Assembly: GCA_964016885.1 (NCBI GenBank)
Contig: CAXHJY010000750.1
Location: forward strand, 43,801-107,800
Source: Eledone cirrhosa
Lineage: Eukaryota
Reading direction: 5' to 3'
DNA length: 64,000 nucleotides
Positions within the stretch are counted from its first letter, which is position 1; each line of letters opens with the position of its first letter. The notes below the pieces were generated by a model that saw only the letters and a list, made by a program, of their open reading frames with translations, was not told the DNA's origin and searched no databases. This document shows, in pieces, positions 1 through 13,110 of the stretch. A program made the translations under genes and the position numbers.

Positions 1-384
1 GATAATACGTCGTTATGTGGAACGAAAAGAAGAATTTCATGCAAAGACAAGACCAAGTTTATGGTATAAATGGAGTGGTTAGACTAATATTCTATTTAAC
101 ATAACAGAATGATTTCCAGCCCCGGAGTTTAAGAATAATGTAAATAAAATTGAAAACGAAAATGACAGAGGTTATTAAAATAGTAAAAGTAAATAGTGAA
201 GATTTAGGCCAGATTTGGGCTACGTTTTTCCTACAGATGAATGTGAACTCTCAGAATTGGCACATATTGAGTAGGGGACCCCTGGGGGCCGGAACCCTCT
301 TTTGGAAAAAGCCGATGATTTTGTAAAAGTATAGTTTTCGAAGTAGCACTGAAGTATTGACATAAATGGTATACACAACTGCTA

Positions 385-418
385 TTTAATACCCGAGAAA
401 CACCGGGTACCTCTGCTA

Positions 419-420
<2 letters not shown>
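385..420 (+). mobile_element. Helitron-like 3' terminus
   Basis: Subterminal hairpin ACCCG(391-395)...CGGGT(404-408), then CTAG (416-419) followed by T, the canonical Helitron 3' signature; 5' extent not determinable. Confidence 0.6.

Positions 421-481
<61 letters not shown>
418..481. repeat. (TA)n microsatellite
   Basis: Pure TA run of about 60 bp. Confidence 0.98.
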
Positions 482-484
<3 letters not shown>

Positions 485-1967
485 ACTATAATAATCGAAT
501 AAAATGGGTAAAATATCCCTGGAGACGGAAAAAAGGTGAACAGATACGTATGCAAGGAGAGACGCATCTCTCGTCTGCCGAGTAACCGCATTTCTCCATT
601 GCACATTTCTGTCCACTTTCCCCCGTCTCCATGAATATATGTGTGCATGTATATTAAGGTGTTCCATTTTGCAAACCATTCGCCAATCCTCTCATGTCGA
701 TTACACCCGTATTTGGATTGATGAATTAACGAAATATACCGAATTATAGGTCAATCGAATAATATTTAGAGGTGGCATACTTTCACATGTTGTATTTATG
801 ACGATGTTTCGGACCTGCCCTGCGGTATATTGTTCTTTCTATTTACTTTACTGAATCCAACGAGGAAGCCACACGGCAGAACGAAATGAAATGAAAATAC
901 GCAGGAGGAAAATATTCTAAATACATAATAATATTGGAGTTAAATACAGAAATACTTTTAATGAACGAAATGTCCCCCCCCCCCCCCCGGGGTCTTGTTG
1001 AAATGATAATAAGCAGTCAAACGAATCGAAAATAAGCAGAAAGAACAACTTAATCTTACACCACGATGATTTTGGAGTTAAAGAGAGAAACACTTTTTAT
1101 GAATGAAATTTATAACCAGAAACGAATTTTTCTAGCTCTCTCGGCTCACATGGTATAAGCTTAAGTTGTTCTTTGAACAGAATTATATTGATTGCCTTAT
1201 ATGGCATTAGCCATTCAACAAGCCTGGTGGTAAGCTCCTGGGACCGAGAAGGAGAACTGAGGAGATGGCCAACCACCAAGATAGAGAAAGGAGAGCTTTA
1301 TGAACTCGGCATAGTCTTCTCGGGGATGATCTTCAGAGTAGTACAGTCAGTAGATATTCAAGCATTTCCTCACTCTTTTGCTTGTAAAAATCTTCCATGG
1401 GCTCATCATCGCCCAGTATAGTTTGATAATGAGACTTATCGATGGGATACCGGGACCAGATTATGGGAAAAAATCTCGAAGACATTTTTCCAAATCAGTT
1501 CAAGAATTTAATGGCGGCAACACAAGTGATTTTTTCAGAGCTGCTTAAAAATTTCGTATTAGCATGCTGGTGTTACTGGCGGTGCTGTTGAAGGACATAC
1601 AAATTATTCTATCCTCAACTTTGAGTCATTGAATTTCCCTCATAACAACTTCAACGACTTATCGTCCGCTTTCATCTTTTGCAATTGGAACACATAAGAG
1701 CTCCTCCTTTCTTTTTCCTGTAATTAAAACTGTAAAACTGTTATCCAATGTTCCTGCGTGGGTATTTGGGAAGCTGATTCTCCATCCTAGTGGAAGACTA
1801 GTCAGAACCTATCTTCAGGTGGGAAAGCAGATAACTCTCATGGCGCCTGGTTCTTGCTCGATAAACAGTTGAGACACACCATGACCAAGACTCTTCGCAA
1901 TTGCAATGTGAGAAGTACTTACTTGTCGTACTGATAGTTTCTCCCATTCCCACGTTGCAATAATATA

Positions 1968-2450
1968 AAAAATTAGCGAAAAGGAGAATATCTATGCAGA
2001 ACTAATGAGAAATCTGCAGATACTCCACCCTGACTATACCATCGGGCTTATACATGTGATTATTGAGGCACTGGGATATGTTAGTAACTGCCTCAGTACA
2101 AATCTTGAGAAGCTGTGTTTCACAGAAACAGAAAGAACACAACTAGTTAGGAAATTACAAGTACAATCCATTAATAGAACAGTAAAAATATGTAAAACAT
2201 TCCAAAACTTATGCATCTAATAACTGCATATACACATGTACAGATACAAAGCATATACACATGTAACTAAAAATATACACATTGACACATACAATAACAT
2301 CCATACCTGCACACACACGCAGACATGCATACATATCTACCTAGTTGATGTTGTGTAAAGCCCAATGAGAGAGAGTCTTGTATCTATGTTAGAAACCGAC
2401 TCTCTCTCTGTATTGGTAAACATTTATAAAATTATAACACCAGAAGAACA
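1968..2450 (+). mobile_element. R4/Dong-like non-LTR retrotransposon 3' fragment (end of REL endonuclease region + 3' UTR)
   Basis: KISEKENIYAELMRNLQILHPDY...VKICKTF*; homologous to the inverted copy at 3715-4560. Confidence 0.7.
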
Positions 2451-3714
2451 TATATACATATATCAATACTTGATGGTTTTTGACTCAGAGCAGAATATGA
2501 GTGACCATTGTAGATCTTGTAACCTTTCGTGATCTTGAATGAGTTTCATATTGTACGAAATATGTATTCATGAAATACATTCACCCGTCCACCTTTCTAT
2601 ACATTTATCCACCTAACTATACGAAACTTTACGTCTATTTATCCTGGTCTAATGACAAATATTGCAAGTACGTAGACATTGGGAACAATGCCGTTCATAG
2701 TGGCATTATAAATACTAATGAAATAATGGAAGATTTTGTATTCAGTCAGTACATTAAGAAGTAAAAGCGTTGAGTCAGGTGCATAACACCTATACTCACA
2801 AATCTAGACATAGTAAGAGTAAGGGAAATAAATAATTTGAATGCAAAAGTGCTCTGTGAAGCTTACGTGCACCAGGACCGACACATCTGAACAGAAACTT
2901 GGATAAATACAAATAACAATAAAAAAGAAAACAATCGGTATATCTACATAAGTTCTATGTACAGCACCATACCTAAATGTTATTAGATAACAGTCACATA
3001 GACAAAGCGAAAGACCTCTTTTGAAGCATTATAGTCATATAAATGCCTATTTAGAAAGATATACTTTCACTATTTAGATTACAGCCATCAAATACCTGAT
3101 AAAATTTCTTTTTTTTTAATGGCAAAGAGTACCAAACCAGTAAAGAAGTTATCATCGAAATAACCAGTAACAGTTTCAAAATGTTTTCAATCTATCCACG
3201 TTTTATGACGTAAGACGAAGGAGAAAGAATAAAATAAAGCACTGTGCTATCTGAAGGTAATAACAATAATAGGATTCTAAGACAGTAAAAAGTAGAAAAA
3301 ATAAAATAATAGAGAAGCCTTCTGACAAAAACACCAAGGTATAGTAAGCACAACAAACTCAATATTATTCCATTTGGTTAAGAACAAAAGTGATACATTA
3401 TTGGGATGTTTTGCTGCTCAGCATATATAAACGAAGTGTATGAAGTGAAAAATATTCGTTTCGCCAGAAGAAAGTCAACATCACATTAGCGTATGGTCAG
3501 TATATCAGTGAATAATAAGTTCCCACGTACTTTCATCAAGTACATAATAAAAAGTGACCGAGCACCCTCCAAATTTGAGGACATTGAACGTTCTGATTAG
3601 AGTTGTATACCCAACCAGTTTATAATAATTTTAAATTGTCCTTAACTTGTTGCATAAAAATCGGAAATTCAGCATAAAAATGGTTCTGTCTCTACTGATT
3701 TCAAAAGAAATGTT

Positions 3715-4560
3715 GACATATTTTTACTGTTCCATTAATGGATTGTACTTGTAATTTTCTAACTAAGCGTGTTCTTTCTGTTTCTGCGAAGCCTAGCTTT
3801 TCAAAATTTTTACTGAGGCAGTTACTAACATATCCCAGTGCGCAATAATCGCAGGTATAAATCTGAATGTATAGTCAGGGTGGAGTAACTGTAGATTTCT
3901 CATTAGTTCTGCATCGATATTCTCCTTTTCGCTAATCTTTAATATTATATTAGCATCTGTTGGGCAGCTAACCTCCACTACTGTGCATGCCTTCTTTTGC
4001 TTGTCCCATATCATTATACCTGGTCTGTTATGGCTGCATTTTATTGGGGCTTTTACTGGAACATTCCACCAGTACTCTTTCATATTATGTATGTATATGT
4101 CTTCCATATTGCTGTAACTTTTAATATGTTAATTGTCGGGGATATCCTTTCTACGGATTGCATTGTACAGTGTTTTGGCCACTACATCATGTCTCATAGG
4201 CAAATAGTACCGTGATGACATCTTTGGACAGCTGCTTATGATATGAGTGACATCATCGATGTTAATTCCGCAGATTCTGCATTTGTTGTTAAATCTAGGT
4301 GTTTTGCCTGCATCCCTATTGTGAATCAGGTATTTTTTGTCCTGTTCTTGGATTGCAAAAGCATATCCTTCAAAATGGGAGCCAATATAGCGGTTGTTGG
4401 TCCAAGATAGATTACTTTGCTTATCTATATTACTCTCACTCTGGCGTTTCCAGGTAACATATCTATGCATAATGTTTTGCTGATAAGCATGCAGTTTTTC
4501 ATCCATGGATTCACTGCGGTATTGATGGGCAATTTCCCGGGGTGTGAGTTTTTGATTATC
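3715..4560 (-). mobile_element. R4/Dong-like non-LTR retrotransposon fragment (CCHC knuckle + restriction-like endonuclease), degraded
   Basis: CRICGINIDDVTHIISSC zinc knuckle, RHD motif, WWN..NRP(G)IMIWD..VVEVSCP..KISEK (PD-(D/E)xK-type, catalytic D mutated); split by a stop/frameshift. Confidence 0.8.
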
Positions 4561-6499
4561 AAACAGGGAGTATCTTTCAAGGGGTTTTAACCTTTATCTC
4601 ACAATTTAAAAAATAAATTTAGGGCACCTTTATAGTATATGCTACAGGCTCCACATTAAGCTAATCCAGCACAATTTAGTTAAGTGCACCACTTAACTAT
4701 CAAAACTACTATTACAATAGACCGACACCCTATTCTGTGAGCTTAGAGCTTCATAGTATAGAGCTTAACAGTATGGAGCTTAACAGTAACGCTTCATAGT
4801 ATGGAGCTGTATAGTGCTGTGAAAATAAGCTTAAGTGTCCTTTCGGCATATATTACAACAACGATCTTTACTACTGATAGAGTTTACTACTGATAGAACT
4901 TCGGATTATGTTAGTTTACATTATCATATACTTTTCTTTGAAAACGTACAAATTAGTTGTTTTGCTTTAAGATATATGTTTTCAGATTTAGCAGTAATAC
5001 ATATGATTAAAAATATGAATCGATAATTTGATTATACTGTGTATTGTTGAAAAACCTCAGTGAAATTTTTGAAGGGTTTCTACTCATGTAATGGATTTAT
5101 TTACCATGCTCTCTTTAAGCGAATCTATTCCACTAAATTACTACTAATATATTTGAATAAGTCCTACACCAGCTTTACTCCAAATGGTTACATCAGAACT
5201 ATTGTTTTGAATTCTTTTTTAGGGATCACGGGTGAACGACATAGAAGATCAGGTAAATTTTAGATGATCGAAGTAGTGCTAAAGGTTATTAGGTTAATGG
5301 GAACATCGGTTTTGTACTTGCTTCATTGTTACATTATAAATTTAACCAGTCTTTTATATAAAACTATATTTGTGTATCAGAATTTAGATACTTAAACTAT
5401 TACAAATAGAAAATTACATCTCTATAAATCAATGTTCATGTAGTTTTAATATAATTTATAACTAACTATAATTAGTTATCCGCATACCGTTTAGATGTAT
5501 ACATTTTAAGACTTGTTTAACGCTTACATAGATGAAATAGAAAAAACTTACAAACACATCATTCCCACAATCAATCAGTCATTCAATTCATGAGTCAATC
5601 AATTTGTCTATTCTCACATAGAACAAGTCAAGGCAATATAATACTGAACCATTATGTTAACATGTACTGGCCAGCTGATTTCAACTACTGTACACAACAT
5701 ATTAGTTTTGTCTAACGTTCTGATAAGAAATACCAATAAGCTCAATTTTGCATTTCATTCCTTTCGAATCAAGAAAATTATGTATAAATTATATAATGAC
5801 GTAAATTCTATTAGTGACTCCCAACTCTTACAGATTTGTGTCACAACAAAATATTATTAATCTGAATGGAGATACCAATGTCACTTTCTGGATCGTTCTG
5901 GAACCAATAGAGTTGATGTTCAAAAATGAAGAATCATACATTGTTAAAAATCTTCAAGTCCATTCATGCCTTAAAATCACGTAAAAAATAATTGTAAACC
6001 AGCTGTGTTAATCAGTTTATCGTGGATAATTTTCAATCTAATAAGATAATTGTTGATGAAGAAGTGAGCAGAATACAAATGAGTTTGGGGTTGTATTGAT
6101 CACATCTGAATAAAGAAAGCTATATACTGCGACAACTAGCAAGCTGTTGAATTAATAGGGTGCATATGTACCAGCCAAACGACCACTTATAAATATTTCG
6201 TTACCACACACTTTCGCTGTGTTTATGGCAAACTGTAAATAAATAATATGAATTGTACAATCCACTCTTATCTATAACTGGTTGTATTGTTCAATTGATG
6301 AGTTTTTTTCTTGGCCGACAGAGTTGACTTCAAATCTTCCCATGAGTATAGGGTGGATATATATATTTATACACACAAGGAATAAAATGGTGATCCAGCG
6401 AACTAGTATAATTCTTAGTCTGTGATTTTATAAAATATTATGTGTAGAAACTTAACCAACATAACAGTGATATATTTGAATTACGGTAGTAAGTTGCAT

Positions 6500-6665
6500 C
6501 TCCATTTACGTTCTGAGTTCAAATCTCGCTGAGGTCAACTTTGTATTTCATCCATCCGGTGTCCATAAACTAAGTACCAAGTACCAATCAACTATTTAGG
6601 GTTGATCTAATCGACTATACTCTCACACAAAATGTATAGTTTTGTGCCTATGCTAGAAATCAATA
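6500..6665 (+). mobile_element. SINE copy (GTCAACTTTGCCTTTCATCC...AAGTACCAG family), diverged
   Basis: GTTCTGAGTTCAAAT B-box-like head then GGTCAACTTTGTATTTCATCC...AAGTACCA; similar to 7790-7975. Confidence 0.65.
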
Positions 6666-7489
6666 TTAATTCAGATAAATTACCATTAAAAATGTGGAGC
6701 ATTAAATAGGTTGTAATAATATTGTCTTTGTTATATCAGATCCTCCCTTTTTGAGATTAAATACAAATCTAATAAACAACTTCATTCCGGTTTCCGATAT
6801 AGGTACCAAACTTCAGACATGAAAGGGGGTAATGGAAGATTCTATTATAATTATGCCAATTCTTGGTGCTTATCTTAAATCATTTTAATTTTTCAAGTAA
6901 TTCAAATTCAATGGTAAATTTTATTTCAGTTTTTTATTTTGTTTGTTAAAACTTCCCTGTCAAGTTCTCCTTTGCAATCGATTGAACGATCATGATACTA
7001 AGTTTCGGATTTAAACTGACACTGGTCACGAAGAAATAGATGGCTAAGTTAAAATTTTAAAAAATTGATTATGAAAGCTAATAATAAAGCCAGGTGCGGT
7101 AGCGAGAATGGTTTTTGTTTTCTTGCAATAACGATATTGACACGAAATAAATAAATAAAAGAGAAAAAAAAAATACTAAATAAAACAATGATTAAATCAT
7201 AATTAATTCGAAAAGCATAACAAATATCTCAATGTCAACGCAAACTAACTGTGAGAAGCAAACATCAGAACTGTGACTATTTGTGTGAGGAAAGAAATGG
7301 TAAAGCCATGAAAGTAAACTCGCAGTGATTGTAAATACTTCAGAAAGGAAAATGTGAAACTTCAATGTTAGCTTTTGACTAGAGATTTCCTTTACATATA
7401 GTAATACATTTTCTGTGAATGAGAAACATATGCTTCAAAAATGTTCAGGGGATAATGAAAAAATGGTTAATGGGTATGTGTAAGTTACA

Positions 7490-7600
7490 TGGTCGGATGG
7501 TAAATGAATTTGCATAGCAATAATTAGGTTGCGAGTTCGATCCCACTACGTGGCATTCTTAGTCAAATGTCATTTATTATAGTTTCGGGTCGACCATGAG
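7490..7600 (+). mobile_element. tRNA-derived SINE head, diverged
   Basis: A-box-like TGGTCGGATGG and B-box GAGTTCGATCCC. Confidence 0.5.
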
Positions 7601-7789
7601 ATAGAATGTATCTGTCCTTTAAAGGACTAGCCATGTGACGTTGAATATCACTGAGAACTACGCTAAGGAAACATGTGTCTGTGGAATGCTCAGCTATTTT
7701 TTCATTAATTTCATGGGCAGATTGTTTAGAAACCCATTTCATTTTTGATGTTGAATTGCTATAATTGTTATTGCTGTAAAGTTAGGGCA

Positions 7790-7975
7790 GTGGATTGGCA
7801 GAGATGTTTGAGCGTCGGATAAAAGTTTTGTTACGGGTCTTTAAGTTCTGGGTTCTAATCTCGCCGAAGTCAACTTTGCCTTTCATCCTTTCGGGAGTCG
7901 ATAAAATAAAGTACCAGTCAAGTACTGAGGTTGATTTAATCGATTTTCTCTTTCAATGAGCCAGAATTAGAATTA
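7790..7975 (+). mobile_element. SINE copy
   Basis: GTTCTGGGTTCTAATCTCGCCGAAGTCAACTTTGCCTTTCATCCTTTCGGGAGTCGATAAAATAAAGTACCAGT; recurs at least 7 times in the window. Confidence 0.8.
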
Positions 7976-8040
7976 ATTACAGCTGTTAAGTACCTTCTTT
8001 AGTGTGTTACATACCGCAAGCAAAACAGTCTAGAGTTATA

Positions 8041-9102
8041 CAAGGTTTGTCCCCAAAGGAAGGGTACTGATTTTGCTATGTACGACATAGTAACACAGAA
8101 CCTCTTTGATTCATGTATATAGACGTGTTGGTTATGACATTGGCTGTATGTACATACTGTTTCAACATGATCGACTGAGTCAGTCGTGAACTATTGATGT
8201 TTATGTACATACGTGTTTATAACCTCTGTTATGTTTGCGATGCAGGAAAATATCGAACAACGGTACGCGATTAAATATTTTGTGTGAAACTCAACAAATC
8301 ACCCACCAAAACATTTAATTCTTTAACACAAGCTTATGGAGATGCCACTCTGTCGAGAAGTAAGGTTTTTAAGTGGCACAAAGTTTTCAAAGAGGACCGA
8401 GAAAATGTTGATGACGAACCTCGTTCTGAAAGGCCAATCTCGTCAACAAATACACAAAATGTGGAAGTGGATAGAGTAAGAACTTTATCATGGGTGGTTC
8501 GAGTACGATCCAGAGACAAAACGGCAAAGTGAGGAATGGCATGCGAAAAATTCTCCTCGTCCGAAGAAAGCACGCATGAGCAGATCCAGGGTGAAAACCA
8601 TGATTTTTTTGGACAGCTGTGGTATTGTTCACAAAGAGTTTTTACCTCCAGGTCAGACAGTTAAGGGTAACTCCTCCAAAGATGTCTTGGAACGACTTCG
8701 AAAACGGGTCGAGCGAGCCTGAAAGGACATTGCGGGAGATTGGGTACTGTACCACGATAAGGCGCCTGCTTACACATCACTTTCAATTATAGAATTTCTT
8801 TTCCACATCCTCCCTACAGCCAAGATCTAACTCCATGGGATTTCTACTTCTTCCTTAAGTTGAAATCGAAGTAGAAGGGTTAGTATTTTGTGACGTGGAA
8901 AATATACAAAAATTGTAACCGACGACTGGAGGACATTCACAGAAAATTACTTCCGGTACTCCTACGCTCAATGAAAAAAAGGTTGGAACCATTGTGTCAC
9001 TTTCCAATGGTCGTATTTTGAAGGAGATAACTTATAATTTCATATACGTCTAATATACATTTAAATAAAACACCAGTACTCTTACTTTTGAGACAAACCT
9101 CG
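8041..9102 (+). mobile_element. Mariner (Tc1/mariner) transposon, internally deleted, pseudogenised transposase
   Basis: Imperfect ~29-bp TIRs CAAGGTTTGTCCCCAAAGGAAGGGTACTG / CAGTACTCTTACTTTTGAGACAAACCTCG, TA on the left. HTH region EQRYAIK..KLNKSPTKTF..AYGD..VFKWHK..DDEPRS, YDPETKRQSEEW, HDKAPA, HPPYSQDL. The segment carrying the first catalytic D is missing. Confidence 0.92.
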
Positions 9103-9712
9103 CGTAGTATCTATGCTGCTTAAATTACAGATTAATATTATGCACAAAATTGCACCAATAATACTGTAAAAGATTTTACAAAAAAATAAAAGCTTGCCAT
9201 TGTAAATGATTTGATCTTCTTAGAATCCACTATACGATAAGTAAACATAGTCGGATGATTATCAAACATTATCGATATTTTGCACGTTCTATTATCAATA
9301 GAATATTTTTATTTCAAATTATCAATCGAATGTTCGAAATATTAAAACATATATGACAGATTCATTGTGGGAAATTCATTTATATTCTGTGCTGTCTTTT
9401 GATCACTTTTTGGTTTTAATCAAAATATTATCATAGTTATGGAATGTTAGATTGGATATATTAATTGTATAACTGAACTGAACTCCGGATAAATAACTGA
9501 ACAGAACTGAATTAGGATAAATAAAATTTATGCTAGTAATAGACTGGGATCAGGTATCAGTGAAGTATTGGGGCTGATTTAATCAACTTTGTCCTTCTCC
9601 CAAATTTGGTGGTCTTGTACCTAAATTAGAAATCAACATACTGAGATCAAATCATGTTTTCCTTATAAAATTGAAAAGAAACCAATACAATTAGTATCAA
9701 TATGGTAGTTGA

Positions 9713-9724
9713 ATATATATATAC

Positions 9725-9818
<94 letters not shown>
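9713..9818. repeat. (TA)n microsatellite
   Basis: TA run of about 100 bp. Confidence 0.97.
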
Positions 9819-9820
<2 letters not shown>

Positions 9821-10339
9821 TGGAAGGTTAGTAAAATCGAAGCTTTGGCTGTGGCTAAGCAAAGTCAACCTACAATAGGAATGAGTTAGCAAAGCACTCA
9901 ATAAGGGTAGGTCCTTAGAGTAATAACATACGTATAAATACCTTGACAAATTGAACATTGCGGTAGGCAAAACCCAACCACACAATACCAAAGTAACGAA
10001 AGAACTAACAAGTTAAATATATATATATATATATTAATAATTATTTGCTTAATTAATTTTTTCATAGAGCCACACCGTCGAAGCTAGCCACACTCATATA
10101 TGGATCTGTGACTATGTTTAAATATATACATATATATTCTTATGAATTTATTTTATACTCCCTTTCAGTTGAGTAAACCTTAGGCGGAAACTAACTGCTC
10201 CTTCTAGCAGTGAGCCTACCTGCCATCCGGCCTACTCTTCACACCCTTCTACTTTGACCGCTAGCCACGTGATGCTTTTCACCCCATTTTAATTCATTTC
10301 TGGCGGCGATCACTGTAGAAATGTTAGTCCTACCGAGGG

Positions 10340-10427
10340 AGTCTCTTGAGAAGCTCGAAGCCTCATGGATAATACCAGGATTGGACATATCCACAAAGTA
10401 CAAGCGAAACTATCGATAGTCGGGACT
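10340..10427 (+). ncRNA. Type I hammerhead ribozyme, U3-A8 core variant
   Basis: Stem I AGTCTC/GGGACT; core TTGAGAA; stem II GCTCG..CAAGC (one mismatch); GAAA; palindromic stem III CTATCGATAG; GTC cleavage triplet ending 10421. Confidence 0.75.
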
Positions 10428-10461
10428 AGAAGAACTTTGGTAAAGTTTATATACATTTTTT

Positions 10462-10712
10462 CTTCAAACTTGCAATTTAGACTTAGCTCCGTTTAATTGA
10501 TTATTTGTCTAGTTAGTTTCTACGGGCTAAGAGAAAGACTAGGTAAATTTTATCTGACTGTTCCTCACAGAGGATAGTCGGTGACATTTATCTGTTATTT
10601 CTTCAAAGTTAAATTCTAAACTTAACTCCGTTTAAATGATTATTTATCTAGTTGATTTCTACGGACTAAGGAGAAGAACAATTGGATATATTTTGTCTGA
10701 CTGGTCTTCAAA
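10462..10712. repeat. Imperfect ~139-bp tandem duplication
   Basis: CTTCAAA..AATT.TA.ACTTA.CTCCGTTTAA.TGATTATTT.TCTAGTT..TTTCTACGG.CTAAG...TCTGACTG occurs at about 10462 and 10601. Confidence 0.75.
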
Positions 10713-10722
10713 CTTATAATTT

Positions 10723-10788
<66 letters not shown>

Positions 10789-12039
10789 GTTACCTGAGTG
10801 TGATTACGTATTACGAAAGAATGAACCCTCGATGTGTAAATACGCGCGTACACACATACAGACAGACACGCACACACAGATACACACACACATATATATA
10901 AAGCATATAACCTAAAATAATGTTCTAAGGGCCTTATTTTGTATGAGTTTGGAGGGCGTGAAGTGGTAGTGTGTAAGAGAATGAGAAGGGAAAATTCTAA
11001 CCAGCAATTGAAACTACTCTGCAAATTCAACACTATGGGAACTTTTGTCTTAATCTACAGCGCTCACCACCGTGAGAATTGTAATATATTGGTTCTGCTC
11101 CATTCAAGGCAATGTTTGATGTCTACGTTTGAAGTTTTACTTCATTGTTATAACAATAGTTTAAATGGAATGGTCTTAGGAACAATGGCACGTGTGTTAA
11201 TTGTACTACTATTCGTGCTTTTAGACTTGACTAGTCCTGCAGTTCAAATGGACGGTTTGAAAATAAAAAGAACGAAAGAAAAAGTAAAGAAAAAGAAATC
11301 TGCTGTATTTGCCTATCACTAATTCTTCATAGGAATAATATACTCGATCGTTTAGAGAACTATAATATGTAACTGTAATTATAGGCGAATGATAGAGACT
11401 GTACTGTTAGTTTAACATTAAAAACCTTTCATCCACAATTATCTCGTCTATTTACTTGTCACAGTGGACCCAGTACTATAATATTCAATGTGTTCTTCTT
11501 TTTTAAGGCGATAGGGTGTGATTTGAAGGAGATTAATATACTGTTTCTAGCTGGGTGAACAACCACGTAGAGGCTTCTCCGTCAGATCACCTAGAAATGA
11601 TGAAATGAATTCTCCATCGGTTTCGATGAGGTGCATTCAGTTGTTTGATTATTTGCACTTCCAACTCGTGAATTAACGATTAAATTGTTGCATATTCCCC
11701 TGATGTATCGAGCCTTAACATAATTCTCAAGTCGAATCAGCATGACACAATTTGTGACAAGGCTGGTCATTTGAATTACAGGTACAGTCCATCCCTCTAC
11801 TTAATTTCACTGATAAAGCTTAGGTTGACTCGAGCCTATGGCAGATATGTAAACTCTTCCCATCCGACGGAGAGATCTCCTACACTTTGGGGTGGGTGAG
11901 AGTTGTCTTCGTTTGTGAAAATGGTTATAGCTTTCATTATGTAAAATCTCCCATTTTGCCTCATTTCTCCCAGTTTTAGGGCACCTTTTTTCCTGGTACT
12001 CCCCGTTTGTGATTTTAGTGGTTGGTAGGTCTGCTATGG

Positions 12040-12132
12040 TAAAAACACTTGCCCAAGATATCACACAGTGAGATCGAACCCAGGATCTCATGATTGTGAA
12101 GCAAGCATCTTAACCACCCAGCCATGCTTGCG
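12040..12132 (-). mobile_element. tRNA-derived SINE head
   Basis: Reverse strand TGGCTGGGTGGTTAAG (A box), GGGTTCGATCTC (B box), then CTTGGGCAAGTG. Confidence 0.7.
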
Positions 12133-12419
12133 TTCTATCAATAGCAATCACTAAACTATGTAAATTTGGTTAATCTGTAATTCCTAAGCGTAGAAAATAA
12201 TACATGAAGTAGTATCGATAATTTCATAAATACAACTATAATGTATAATAAATTTAAAAAAAAAGATATAGAGCTCTTAACTCCTGATAGAGTCGTAGGG
12301 GTGCTGTCCTGAAACACGGCGTGTTTTGGGCGTTTTAAACATGGCAGAGCCCATCTTTCTTTATGTCGGAAAGCATCCAATTTCTTCTAAAGAAAGAAAG
12401 AAAGAGAGAGAAAATGAAA

Positions 12420-12590
12420 ATCGACCCAGTACTAGACTCGACTGGTATTTTATTTGTTGACATCGAAAGGATGAAAGGCAAAAATCCACCTCGGCGGGAT
12501 TTAAACACAGGGTGCAGTGAACGAGAACAAATAGCGATGTAGTTTTGATCCGACATCTTAACGTCTCCGCCAATTGGCTGCCTTACGATA
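12420..12590 (-). mobile_element. SINE copy
   Basis: Reverse complement of the 7790-7975 family (ACTGGTATTTTATT..GAAAGGATGAAAGGCAAA). Confidence 0.7.
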
Positions 12591-12904
12591 CTTTTAGATA
12601 CAGAAATGTTCTTGATTTTTATCATTATCACTTTGAGTATTAGGCTGACATATACGTCAATTCCAATTATCGAATTTGAAGGCACAACTAGTTGTATAAA
12701 TACAAATATAAAAACAGAACTGAAGTTGTTTTTTTACCAAGTGATGTCAAACCTACTCCTGAACTTTAGATTTTGATACTTTCATTACCATATTTCTAAT
12801 GAAAGGCACTGCCTATGATTTTAAAATCACTTTGAAAATAATCAAGGATTTTTTTCATTATTAAGGTCGCATTTGTAACACAACCTAACTTCCCATCTAG
12901 AGAA

Positions 12905-13110
12905 AGAACAAGATACTGTAATAACTTGGGGTTCAAGGGCTCACAGTTTTGCAATATTTTGCCATAAGTCTCAGAGATCTACGTGTAGTGGATGTAGATA
13001 TTTTCAAGAAACATCTCGGCATTCTGCTGTTTAATATCACAGATTAACCTATATCACGGCAAAAAACACAAATGGTGGCAGCGGTGTCAAACTTCCTCAT
13101 TCATCAGTGG
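12905..13110 (+). mobile_element. CR1/L2-group LINE 3' ORF2 fragment
   Basis: RYCNNLGFKGSQ..NILP.SLRDL..VDVDIFKKHL..LL.NITD.P resembles CR1-like ORF2 C-termini; degraded. Confidence 0.55.

Noticed and set aside
1010-1950. Possible old non-LTR RT fragment on the minus strand
   Set aside because: Higher GC and a weak SGPG-like motif only; no diagnostic motif recoverable by eye
4560-4630. AAACAGGGAGTA..TTAGGGCACC resembling the inverted sequence near 11965-12010
   Set aside because: Possible DNA transposon ends, but the match is too short to define an element
10939-11322. 127-aa ORF as a host exon
   Set aside because: No domain similarity and no consistent splice structure; small host exons in the window cannot be excluded
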